Source: a virus. Taken from it: a stretch of DNA of 64,000 nt. The translations under genes were made by a program, and so were the position numbers. Of this stretch, positions 37,195 to 45,903 are shown in pieces; positions within the stretch are counted from its first letter, which is position 1, and each line of letters opens with the position of its first letter. Below the pieces are notes generated by a model. That model was not told where the DNA came from and searched no databases. It worked only from the letters and a program-made list of their open reading frames with translations. The DNA is taken from the IMG/VR virus record IMGVR_UViG_3300018080_000105, positions 120,022 through 184,021 of that record. One strand, written 5' to 3'.

Positions 37195-39308
37195 AGGGTG
37201 ATCACCGAATCGAACAACGGGGCCAGCTCAGTCTCGTGTGTCACGATCATGCACTGTAACCCACGCGAGGCGGCAAACTCACGAAGCCTCCCCAGCACAG
37301 GTTCAAACCCACGGATATGATGTTCGTCGAGATACGCCGTCGGTTCGTCGAGGTACAGTGCCCCGATATTCTCTGCCAACAGCAAGTTAATTGCCAGACG
37401 GAACGTCAAGGCAAGGATCACCTTTTGGCCACCTGACAGCCTTTCAGCCGGCTGTACAGTGCCATCCTGAAATGTTGCCACGAAGGACAAGCCCTCATCC
37501 GCATGTACGCGATAGTCAGTCTCAAATAGCTCCAGGAACGCATTCATATCGGACTGGATCACCTCCAGATTCCGTTGCGCCACGAATCGCGGAGCCGCAT
37601 CTTTGTGCACCAAAGCACGCATTTCGGTAGCCAGGTCACGCCATTGCCGAAATTTTTCAGCCTGTTGCTGAATCGCTTCTGCGTCCGAAATCTGCGTACG
37701 CAAGCCGGCAGCCTTTGTCTCGGCGATCGCCAAAGCTGTCTCCGCGTCACGACGAGTCTGTTCGTGTTCATTCCACGATTCGATGTACGTAACCGCCTCG
37801 CCCCGCTGCTCCGCAGTGTAATTCGGCATCGCCTGCAATGCGGTTTGCAACTCGTCCACGCCTTTCGTCAAGCTCTCCAACCGGCCTTCCAGATTCGCCA
37901 CAGCCGACTGCTGAGCATTCCTCTGGCGAACCTGCGCATCGTGCAACTGTTGCTGCTTCTGCTCGTCCGCGATGATGGCCTGTTGAGCACCTACGTCCAC
38001 ATCGATTTCTTCAGCCGAGGGCAAATTTTTCAACATGTCCTCATACTGCGCAATCGAGCGTGTCGCGCTGTCGTAATCAGTTTGGTAGGAAGACTGCAAC
38101 GAGCCGTACTCATCCCAAGCATCCACCAACGGGGCTATCTCGGCCCGCCGTGCCAGCAACTCAGGAATCCGTACCTTGGCCTGTTCCACTTTCTGCGCCA
38201 GTGTCGTAGCCGGTGTACCACAAGTCGGGCACTCAGCGACTCCGTCAGCCATGGTTCCGACAAACGCTTGTAAGTTCGCCAGTTCCGCGTCAATCGCTAC
38301 CACTTCCTGCCAGTACGTCTCGCGATCACCGGACGGAACCGGAGGAGCGACCAGATTACCCAGTACAGCTCTCCACTTTGCCAGTTCAGCCTCGACGTTA
38401 TCGCGGGCAGTCTGTGCCTTCTTATTCTGATCCCACACAGTCAGTAGCCGCTGAGCTTCCGAAACATCACCAGCCACTTTCGACAGTGCCTCTTCCAGCT
38501 CCCCGAGCAACGTATCCAGGTCGCTGAGCGTCTGCCTTGCTGTGCTCAACTCACTTGCAACCTGGTCTCTCTCCTGCTGTGCCGAAGCTACTGCACTGAT
38601 TGCTTGCTGTCGATCGTCGTACTTTCGTATCACATCCTGGTTAGAGTTACGACCCTCCGCGATCTGCTCGTAAGTCGCGATCGTGGCCAGGGATGTACGC
38701 AATCGCTCTATCTCTGTTCCCGCCGTCACAAGCTCTGCGCGGCACTGATCCAGATCTGTTGCAACCGTAGGGATCTCCAGACTCTTCAGCTTGTCACCGA
38801 TGGTCTTATGAACAGACGCGGCCTTCTGCGTGCGAAACAGTCGTTGAAACTGCTCCGCTCGCTTAGCCGGCGTCTTTGAAATAAACCCAAAGATATCTTC
38901 CTGGGAAACAATCACGAGATCGTTGATGATCGACGTGCTGACTCCCAGGATCTCTTCGATACGAGCCGTAATATCGCGATCACCTTCAATCACCTCGCCC
39001 GTGCTCAGCGTCATTGTCGCTTTGTGGCTCGCGGGTTTCAGCATTCTCCGAATCGTGCCGGAGATCTCTCCGTGCGTGAAGTCCATCTCGACGAAAGACT
39101 TCTGAGTAGGATCTGCGAGCACACGAACGTTATCCGCCTTTGTGCCCGAGTTTGTATTCTCACCTGTCAGCGCGAGGCGTATGCCGCCCAGGAAGTTCGA
39201 CTTCCCGGAACCGTTCGCCCCCATGATCGCCGTCAAGCCCTCTGAAAAGTGTTCAGTTCTCTGCGAGTGCTGACAGAAGTTCAGCAGTTGCAGACGTTCC
39301 ACACGCAT
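37191..39308 (-). CDS. sbcC: Rad50/SbcC-like SMC ATPase (gp46-like)
   Basis: Walker A GANGSGKS, Q-loop VSQED, Zn-hook CPTCG in the coiled coil, signature LSGGQK, Walker B LYLDEPT, H-loop VTHE; ATG at 39308. Confidence 0.95.
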   Translation of the reverse strand: MRVERLQLLNFCQHSQRTEHFSEGLTAIMGANGSGKSNFLGGIRLALTGENTNSGTKADNVRVLADPTQKSFVEMDFTHGEISGTIRRMLKPASHKATMTLSTGEVIEGDRDITARIEEILGVSTSIINDLVIVSQEDIFGFISKTPAKRAEQFQRLFRTQKAASVHKTIGDKLKSLEIPTVATDLDQCRAELVTAGTEIERLRTSLATIATYEQIAEGRNSNQDVIRKYDDRQQAISAVASAQQERDQVASELSTARQTLSDLDTLLGELEEALSKVAGDVSEAQRLLTVWDQNKKAQTARDNVEAELAKWRAVLGNLVAPPVPSGDRETYWQEVVAIDAELANLQAFVGTMADGVAECPTCGTPATTLAQKVEQAKVRIPELLARRAEIAPLVDAWDEYGSLQSSYQTDYDSATRSIAQYEDMLKNLPSAEEIDVDVGAQQAIIADEQKQQQLHDAQVRQRNAQQSAVANLEGRLESLTKGVDELQTALQAMPNYTAEQRGEAVTYIESWNEHEQTRRDAETALAIAETKAAGLRTQISDAEAIQQQAEKFRQWRDLATEMRALVHKDAAPRFVAQRNLEVIQSDMNAFLELFETDYRVHADEGLSFVATFQDGTVQPAERLSGGQKVILALTFRLAINLLLAENIGALYLDEPTAYLDEHHIRGFEPVLGRLREFAASRGLQCMIVTHETELAPLFDSVITL

Positions 39309-39318
39309 AGAAGTCCTC

Positions 39319-40398
39319 TCAGGACATAAATTCTTCAAAAAGCCGGTCATACTCGGCAGCCTCATCCTCGGCTTCGAGCATCCGAACGGTATTGTCGTGG
39401 AGCAGGGTGCCGGGCGGCCGCAGCTGTCCCACTGCATTAACCAGCCCAGCAAACGCATCTTTCGGACGAAGCGCGGTGTCCACCACCACGTCATCTGTTA
39501 CACGCAACGGCTCAGCAAACAAATGACCACTCTCACCCACAACGGCAGTCAGCCGTGCCAGTGCGTCAGGCAGATTATCTGCATACTGCATCCGTAGAAT
39601 CGGTTTTGCGATCTCCCGATCATCTGGAGCCGTCTCCTGCAATGTCGTCAACTGCTGCGGCAACTCTCGCACAATGCTGTCGAGCTGCTCTGGTGTCATG
39701 ATGCGGGCAGACGAGTAAGCACGTGTACGAATCTGCACCCATTCAACCCGCCTATCTTCGTGCAGGACACCCAGATACTTATTAGCGTTCTCGCCCAACG
39801 ACTGCATCGCCGTCGACCCCGGTGAGTAGAAGTCCACAGGATCACCGTTAGCTGCGGGACTTTGGTAATGCCCGGTGACATGGAAATCGCCAGTGAGCAC
39901 CTTCATCGCCCGAGGGAAGTGCTCCGCATGCCCGTCAACCAATCCCACTGGCTGCAATGCGTCCCAGGACTGGTGACACAACAGGAAGTCCACGTCTGGC
40001 AACGCAGCCAGCACTTCCGGCAACTGTCGCCGAGGTGTGTAATCAATGCCGTAGAACGACACATTCCCCAACTCAAACCGCCCCGTCGCATGCGTCGGCC
40101 AGTCGTGCATCTGAAACCACGGTGGGTCGGTGAAATCGTGGTTGCCGCGAATAAAGTACGCCGGCAAGGCAGCCTCCTGCATAAGATCCATTGAACGGAT
40201 GAACTCATACACAGAGGTGGGGTCAGGGCGTCGCTTATCAAACAGATCGCCCAGCTGGATCAGCGGTAGCTGATGATCCAGACAGTAACGGATGACTTCT
40301 CTCCAGCCGTGATAAGAGTCACCCTGCAGACTCGGATGCTTTGCCCAAGTCATTGGTCGAAAATGATTGTCCGCCGTAAACACGGCGAGTGCTGTCAT
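39319..40398 (-). CDS. sbcD: Mre11/SbcD-like metallophosphoesterase nuclease (gp47-like)
   Basis: ADNH, GDLFD, GNHD, CHQ, GDFH motifs; adjacent to the Rad50 homolog. Confidence 0.92.
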   Translation of the reverse strand: MTALAVFTADNHFRPMTWAKHPSLQGDSYHGWREVIRYCLDHQLPLIQLGDLFDKRRPDPTSVYEFIRSMDLMQEAALPAYFIRGNHDFTDPPWFQMHDWPTHATGRFELGNVSFYGIDYTPRRQLPEVLAALPDVDFLLCHQSWDALQPVGLVDGHAEHFPRAMKVLTGDFHVTGHYQSPAANGDPVDFYSPGSTAMQSLGENANKYLGVLHEDRRVEWVQIRTRAYSSARIMTPEQLDSIVRELPQQLTTLQETAPDDREIAKPILRMQYADNLPDALARLTAVVGESGHLFAEPLRVTDDVVVDTALRPKDAFAGLVNAVGQLRPPGTLLHDNTVRMLEAEDEAAEYDRLFEEFMS

Positions 40399-40404
40399 CA
40401 GGTT

Positions 40405-40421
40405 TGGTTCCTATTTACCGG
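40405..40421 (-). promoter_or_regulatory. 17-nt recurrent motif CCGGTAAATAGGAACCA
   Basis: Identical copies at 48366-48382 and 50687-50703; lies 6 nt upstream of the sbcD ATG at the head of the replication operon. Confidence 0.7.
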
Positions 40422-40782
40422 GATCCGGTAACTCAATGATCGTAACATTCACATGCGTCGGCGCCATCTGCACGTAAGCCGTGCAATACGGATCACCGCA
40501 ACGGCCGCACAGATGCTCCGTCGGATGTAATCGTTTAAGCGGGGATCGCTCGATGATATCGTCAATCGCGTCCACGAACTCGACGCCTGCGTCGTAAACC
40601 GCGTCAGCAAACCGCGTGAATGCCGCGGCATTCGTACGAAGGACGTACGGGGTAGGATCTTCCGCGTCGCGGTCATCGTCTCCCGGATCTTCCAGGTATT
40701 GTGACAACCCCGTCAAAATGTTCACACGGGCACAATCGCGTTGATACGCTTGGCTCAATATCCGGCCAATTGATACAGTCAA
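40411..40782 (-). CDS. hypothetical protein with C-terminal CxxC..C
   Basis: 123 aa; its stop codon lies inside the 17-nt motif. Confidence 0.7.
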   Translation of the reverse strand: MTVSIGRILSQAYQRDCARVNILTGLSQYLEDPGDDDRDAEDPTPYVLRTNAAAFTRFADAVYDAGVEFVDAIDDIIERSPLKRLHPTEHLCGRCGDPYCTAYVQMAPTHVNVTIIELPDPGK

Positions 40783-41642
40783 GTTGTGACCCCTGTCGCA
40801 GAAAGGCCTGCGACGATAGGCGTTCGTGCCGGGATTGGCTCGGTCGCCTCGCCGCGGTACTTCTTAAACAGCTCACGACATTCTCGCTCGCCGTAAGACA
40901 TCACCCGGTCAACCGGGCAGTAGATACAAAACATGTCCGCCAGCATGTGTGGTGGCGGCAGAAACTGACCCGGCGTGTCGGTGATATACAGCGGAGGCAT
41001 GGGCCGCGTGTCCGACCCCCACAACACAACTCCCTTTTGCCAGGCTTGCACAACCCAGGACAAGTAATCACCCCAGTCTACTCCGGTCGCCAGCATTTCG
41101 TCACGAACCACAAGCAACGACTCGCGGAACATACTGTGGGCGGCCACAGCGTTCACCACTGTAAACTCGGGACGTAGACTAACCGGGTTGTGTTCCACCC
41201 CTGTCATGTCGTTACCAGCACCGAGCATCACTGTCTTCATCTCGCTCCAGCGCTTCGCATTACGTCCGGTTTTGGCGACGCCAAGGCACCCGATGTTCTC
41301 GTCATCGATCTTAGGCACAAACAACGACAAGATTCCTTGCCGCATTACCAGTGCCGTGTCCGTCAGCAGGACAGCCCGCTTAAACTCAGTACCATCTTCG
41401 ATCGCCCGAGACAGTCCAAAAGCGGCATGAAAGCCGCCGTTCGCATCCTGTGGCAAATGCGACTGGTAGAAGCTCGCACTATGCCGAAGGTCCAATGCTT
41501 GCTCACTAAGCGTGCTGGTCGCATCGACCACCACAATATGCCGCGACTCCTGATCGCTGGACCACAACACCGAGTCATACAAGTCCTGTAAGACATATTG
41601 ACCACGGCTGGACGCAACCACGTAAAGTGTGTCAACCTGCAT
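40779..41642 (-). CDS. GT-A-fold glycosyltransferase-like protein
   Basis: LYVVASS...LQDLYDSV, IVVVDAT, AVLLTDTAL resemble the GT2 layout; ATG at 41642. Confidence 0.45.
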   Translation of the reverse strand: MQVDTLYVVASSRGQYVLQDLYDSVLWSSDQESRHIVVVDATSTLSEQALDLRHSASFYQSHLPQDANGGFHAAFGLSRAIEDGTEFKRAVLLTDTALVMRQGILSLFVPKIDDENIGCLGVAKTGRNAKRWSEMKTVMLGAGNDMTGVEHNPVSLRPEFTVVNAVAAHSMFRESLLVVRDEMLATGVDWGDYLSWVVQAWQKGVVLWGSDTRPMPPLYITDTPGQFLPPPHMLADMFCIYCPVDRVMSYGERECRELFKKYRGEATEPIPARTPIVAGLSATGVTT

Positions 41643-41654
41643 TCTGCTCTCCAA

Positions 41655-41691
41655 ATAGAAACAGCCCACGGCGAAGCGGACCGTGGGCTGT
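41655..41691 (-). terminator. hairpin plus U-rich tail
   Basis: Perfect 11-bp stem ACAGCCCACGG(41661-41671)/CCGTGGGCTGT(41681-41691), then TTCTATTTGGAG on the minus strand. Confidence 0.6.
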
Positions 41692-41717
41692 AATACGGTT
41701 CCGGGTACTACCTCCGG

Positions 41718-41770
41718 GGACCGCGGGCTCGGAATCTGCCGCAGTGCGGCTCCGTTATGCTACGCGGCCC
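41718..41770 (-). ncRNA. candidate small structured RNA with tRNA-reminiscent 5' end
   Basis: GGGCCGCG-TAGCATAACGG...CGCGGTCC: 8-bp closing stem, internal GCCGC/GCGGC hairpin, followed by further hairpins; not a canonical cloverleaf. Confidence 0.3.
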
Positions 41771-41781
41771 GAAAAAAGCTG

Positions 41782-43215
41782 TCAATCGCCACCAGAGGAA
41801 TCCTGGATGGTTATGTAAAAGGAATCTACAGGACATAAAGCCAGTTCTCCCCCTTGTTTACGCACATAGTCTGCTCCAGGAATCGGCTCTTGTGAGTCTG
41901 CCCCTTTAACCAGTACATCAGGGTTCAACGTCCTCGCCAGCAACTCCACGTCGCCACTGAAAGGCACCACTGCGTCCACCATCGGCAGAAGCGAAAGATG
42001 CCTCGCACGCACCGGCGCTGGTACTCGCGGCCGGTGCTCGCCCTTCAAGGCCTTCAACGACGCATCATCGTTGTAAGCCACAATCACAAAATTGGCCCGA
42101 GTGGCGGCGAACTCAAACAGATCAATGTGACCGGAATGCAACCCGTCAAAACATCCGTTAAGCAACGCCACCCTCTTCCGCGGATGAAACCGACGGAACC
42201 GCGTCAACGCAGCTACGAGAGATTCGATTGTGTGAATTTTGTGTGAAGGACCTCCATGCGTTCGGACGAACTCGCCCAACTCTTCGCGGGTAGGCGCCAC
42301 CACTCCATACTGTCGAACCACGAGCCCCGCCGCCTGCATAGCGAACGCAACGCCCTGCGAGAACGGCTGCTTTTCCATATACGCAGCAGCCAAGGCTGCC
42401 ATCGTCGTATCCCCTGCCCCGCACACATCCCGAACCTCTGTGTCGACCCCAAACGGCGGGGCAAGTTCCGGGTCAGACATGTGCTCTGTTTTATACACAC
42501 AGCCATGCCGCCCGGCCGTCACCACGACCCGAGGAACATTGTAGATATCTGAAACCTGAGCGCACGCTGTATGTGCCCGCTCAGTCACCGACAACGTATC
42601 AGAGAGCCCCGGATGGCACATGTGCTCCACCATCTCGATCGCCTCAGTGAAGTTGGGCTTCAACAACCCCACTCCTTCATAAAGGTCAACCTTGTTAGGT
42701 CGCACGTCCGCAAAGATTGGAATTCCAACAGCAAAGTGTCGGATACTCTGCACAGCCGCCAAACTCAACAACCCTTTGTCGTAATCAGCAATCACAATCA
42801 GATCAATGGGTGTCTGATTCTCGGCCAATACTTGGAGCTTCGAGACGACGTGATCACCCATAATGTCAGGATGGGCTTCTTCCTCGTCAACACGACAAAG
42901 GATAGTGCCCCCAGACGTGATACGGTGCTTCACAGTCGTGGGGGTATCAGTCACCGCAAGCAACGGGTGCACGCCGTACTCTTCACACAGCTCTTGCACA
43001 CGCCGGCCCGCGGCGTCGTCGCCGATACTCGCTAACAACACAGCCTGATGACCGAGAGTCTGGATGTTGCGAGCAACGTTTCCCGCTCCGCCCAAACTGT
43101 CAGTTTGCTGTTGTTGTCGAATGATGGGCGCCGGGGCCTCCCGGGAGATGTGAGACATCTCCCCTTCGGTCCGCCGGTCCAACATCACGTCTCCGATGAC
43201 GAGCACGTATCCCAT
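41782..43215 (-). CDS. hldE: bifunctional heptose 7-phosphate kinase / heptose 1-phosphate adenylyltransferase
   Basis: VLVIGDVMLD...ISREAPAP, GGAGNVARN, DYDKG, KPN..E, DVCGAGDT (PfkB); NGCFDGLHSGH, NDDASL..LKG..RP, PDVLVKGAD (nucleotidyltransferase). Confidence 0.95.
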   Translation of the reverse strand: MGYVLVIGDVMLDRRTEGEMSHISREAPAPIIRQQQQTDSLGGAGNVARNIQTLGHQAVLLASIGDDAAGRRVQELCEEYGVHPLLAVTDTPTTVKHRITSGGTILCRVDEEEAHPDIMGDHVVSKLQVLAENQTPIDLIVIADYDKGLLSLAAVQSIRHFAVGIPIFADVRPNKVDLYEGVGLLKPNFTEAIEMVEHMCHPGLSDTLSVTERAHTACAQVSDIYNVPRVVVTAGRHGCVYKTEHMSDPELAPPFGVDTEVRDVCGAGDTTMAALAAAYMEKQPFSQGVAFAMQAAGLVVRQYGVVAPTREELGEFVRTHGGPSHKIHTIESLVAALTRFRRFHPRKRVALLNGCFDGLHSGHIDLFEFAATRANFVIVAYNDDASLKALKGEHRPRVPAPVRARHLSLLPMVDAVVPFSGDVELLARTLNPDVLVKGADSQEPIPGADYVRKQGGELALCPVDSFYITIQDSSGGD

Positions 43216-43230
43216 CTCTGCGGCCTCCTG

Positions 43231-44568
43231 CTACGCGTTCGTGGTGACCTCCAGCACATAGGAGTATTCACCGAACGGGAACACGTATCGTCCTTCGACT
43301 TGTTCCCGGGGCTGCACCTCGACAAGGGCATTGCCCTCGGCGTCGTACAGCGTGGCGTCAACATAAGGCCTGGGCTGCCCGTTGACAATGGTCACGCCGG
43401 CAGAAAGCCCGTCGTCATACTGCTGCCCGTACGAGTACAGGACATCACCCAATTCGACCGTGCCCAGCGGTCCCGGAGAAGACAGGGCTGTGTGCACACG
43501 AGCCGCCTCAGCTTTACTGATGCGGAGTCGTGCCGTCTTCTCCGGTAACACCTCCCCCTCCGAATCCGTGACCGGATTAGGCGGGGGATCGTCACTGAGC
43601 ACCAGGCTGGATATCCCTACCCCCCGGAACACTTCACCGGCATCGCTCTGAAAATCACCAAAGGTAAGACCACTGGCTTCATCAGTGCGGATATCGAGAG
43701 ACGTACCGCGGTGCTGCCGGTTCTCGGCGTCGGTGTAAACACATCGCTGGCCAGCAGCGGAGGGCGGCACCTGTTCAACCCCCCGCTTACGAGACTTTCC
43801 CGCCGGGCGGCCTCGCTTTGGAGGATTCGGTTCCGCAAAGGCCCCGGCACGGAACTGCTCGATCAAATTCGGGTTCACCAGGAAGTCGTTCAACGACAAC
43901 GGCACAGGCACAGACTGCTGTTCAGCGGCGCGAATCATATCGACATACAGTGCAACGTAATCCACCACATCCTTGGCAGCCCACTGCTGCGTGTTCGCCG
44001 CTTCAGCTTTGGCCTTTGATCGCGGTAGCAGCGCGTTGATGGCATCGTCCGGGTGTTTGAGATTCTCTTTGTCGAAGTCGCACATCGGTGCGTACAACTC
44101 CAGGAAAGTCTCAAACGTCAATGCGGGCGTCAGCTGCCGCAACCAGAGATACTGCCCCAACAGGGCAATCTTCTTAGCGTCACCGCTGTACTTGTCACAG
44201 CCAGGCTTCTTCGCAAACTCTCGAAGACGTGACTGGATAGAAGGCAGTTCCTCCGCCGGGGGAGGTTCTGTTGCCGGAGGTGTAGCCGGCGGGGTTTCCT
44301 GTGTCGGAGCTGCCTGCTGCGCAGGAGCTGCCTGCTGCGCAGGAGCTGCCTGCTGCGGGGCAGCGGGCAGCGGGGCTGCCGCAGGCGGGGCGGCTGCCGG
44401 AGGCGCCGCTTGTTGTGGAAAGGTCGGAGCTGCAGCTGGTACCGCTGCAGGAACCGCCGCTGGCATGGGTGCCACCTGCGTTACCGTCAACGCCGGCATA
44501 TCAGGTGTCACTGGAGGATGCTGCGGCTGCTGCGCGCCCCACGGCAGTTGCTGTTGTGGATTAGTCAT
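43231..44568 (-). CDS. hypothetical protein with Pro/Ala/Gln-rich N-terminus
   Basis: ATG at 44568 with an AGGAG SD; about 110-aa low-complexity N-terminus followed by folded-looking domains. Confidence 0.8.
   Translation of the reverse strand: MTNPQQQLPWGAQQPQHPPVTPDMPALTVTQVAPMPAAVPAAVPAAAPTFPQQAAPPAAAPPAAAPLPAAPQQAAPAQQAAPAQQAAPTQETPPATPPATEPPPAEELPSIQSRLREFAKKPGCDKYSGDAKKIALLGQYLWLRQLTPALTFETFLELYAPMCDFDKENLKHPDDAINALLPRSKAKAEAANTQQWAAKDVVDYVALYVDMIRAAEQQSVPVPLSLNDFLVNPNLIEQFRAGAFAEPNPPKRGRPAGKSRKRGVEQVPPSAAGQRCVYTDAENRQHRGTSLDIRTDEASGLTFGDFQSDAGEVFRGVGISSLVLSDDPPPNPVTDSEGEVLPEKTARLRISKAEAARVHTALSSPGPLGTVELGDVLYSYGQQYDDGLSAGVTIVNGQPRPYVDATLYDAEGNALVEVQPREQVEGRYVFPFGEYSYVLEVTTNA
44306..44357 (+). 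repeat. 18-nt tandem repeat x3 (GGAGCTGCCTGCTGCGCA)
   Basis: Copies at 44306, 44324 and 44342 (third partial); encode QQAAPA repeats on the minus strand. Confidence 0.9.
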
Positions 44569-44576
44569 TTCTACTC

Positions 44577-45542
44577 CTACTGATACTTCAAATCGCGAAA
44601 ACCGCGGTACATCGCAGACGTACGGATTCGACACGCCTGCCGAAGATGGAGTAACTGAGCCACACGCTCAGCGTCTCCAATCATCATCTCCGTCGGGTAG
44701 CTGCACGCTCGTGCAACAGCCCGCAGAATAACACGCCGGGAAGGGCGATCAAATCGTTGCACCCTTCCATTGGTTGATTGGCTGATCTCGTCCGGAAACT
44801 CGTAGTCTGCCGGTACTTTGAACAGCTGTCTGTTTGTGAACTTCCATTTGCGGCCGTCATCATGAGGCTCCACAGTGGTGTAGAGGAACGCAGCGGCCGG
44901 ATCAATTTGCGACACAAACGACGCCCGCCCACGACTACTGTCCCGCAAAATGCAGGCCAGGTTATCTGCGATACTGTAGTCGCCAGACACCACGTCGCGG
45001 ACAAACGAATGCTCCCGCTCAATCAGATGAAAAGGAAACGTGTACGTTGTTTCGTACTCCGGATCACCAGCTTCTGCCTCTTCGATAGAAGGCTCATTGC
45101 GCAGCTCCGTCACCGTCATATCCAACGATCTTGTTCGAGCCATACGCCGCCCGGAAGATGAAGGGTCAGGTGCTGGAAAGGCTTTGTCAATCGTCACCCA
45201 GACATCTCGTACCCACCGTGCGTAACAAAACGGACAAACCGATCGGCGGCGGCACGGTCGCGTAGACGGGCGGTTCAAGGCAAACGTCGGACGACAATTT
45301 CTTGCGTAGAGGATGGTATGCGCCTGATCGTACGCACCATCCTGCATCCATCCCGCATCTGTCAACGCGCCGATTCTTGCCCGCCAACGATCGATCAATG
45401 ACGACGTCATCTCACGGATGCTATCGACACTGTGGGCGTTACGTGCCCGGTTTGGATAAAGCGGGTACAACACAGCAGATCGCTGCACCAGATCAGGATA
45501 ACGATTCGGAATCGCTCCCAATGTAAAATGAACATCACCCAT
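44577..45542 (-). CDS. hypothetical protein, Zn finger plus possible inactivated HUH/Rep-like fold
   Basis: C-x13-C-x5-CPFC resembles the Rep_1/IS91 Zn finger; no HUH at the expected position (WKFTNRQL). Confidence 0.4.
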   Translation of the reverse strand: MGDVHFTLGAIPNRYPDLVQRSAVLYPLYPNRARNAHSVDSIREMTSSLIDRWRARIGALTDAGWMQDGAYDQAHTILYARNCRPTFALNRPSTRPCRRRSVCPFCYARWVRDVWVTIDKAFPAPDPSSSGRRMARTRSLDMTVTELRNEPSIEEAEAGDPEYETTYTFPFHLIEREHSFVRDVVSGDYSIADNLACILRDSSRGRASFVSQIDPAAAFLYTTVEPHDDGRKWKFTNRQLFKVPADYEFPDEISQSTNGRVQRFDRPSRRVILRAVARACSYPTEMMIGDAERVAQLLHLRQACRIRTSAMYRGFRDLKYQ

Positions 45543-45903
45543 GATTGCTCAACATATAAGCGTAAGACTCTCTCGCCGTGCATTCACATTTCTCTGAGAA
45601 AGGTGACACACTTTTTAACTTCGAGCACGGGCAAGAAAAGGTGTGGTAACTGGGACACGACAAACAGAGGCCGCCCCAGATGATCGTCGAACACGTCGGG
45701 CAAAGGCCTGTACGTTCCGCAAGGTGTAATTGAGTTCCTGCAAACGCAGGTCTCGATTGTCGGGCTTCCTGGGCTGCTCGCAACATTGCGGGATGCGGAA
45801 ACATCAATGCAAGCTGGCTACTACCAAATTGCTGCACCGCATACTCCACCTGCCGGTGCCACTGAATCGGATGAATGTAGATATGTCGTCGTGAGTTACT
45901 CAA
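45535..45903 (-). CDS. putative Cys-rich small protein
   Basis: TTG start overlapping the upstream stop; 8 Cys (CPTC, CLSC, CPC, CEC); fills an otherwise empty 350-nt gap. Confidence 0.45.
   Translation of the reverse strand: MSNSRRHIYIHPIQWHRQVEYAVQQFGSSQLALMFPHPAMLRAAQEARQSRPAFAGTQLHLAERTGLCPTCSTIIWGGLCLSCPSYHTFSCPCSKLKSVSPFSEKCECTARESYAYMLSNHG

Noticed and set aside
41718-41770. Canonical tRNA gene
   Set aside because: The middle arm has a 3-nt loop, the T-loop is not TTCRA, and there is no CCA; kept only as a structured-RNA candidate.
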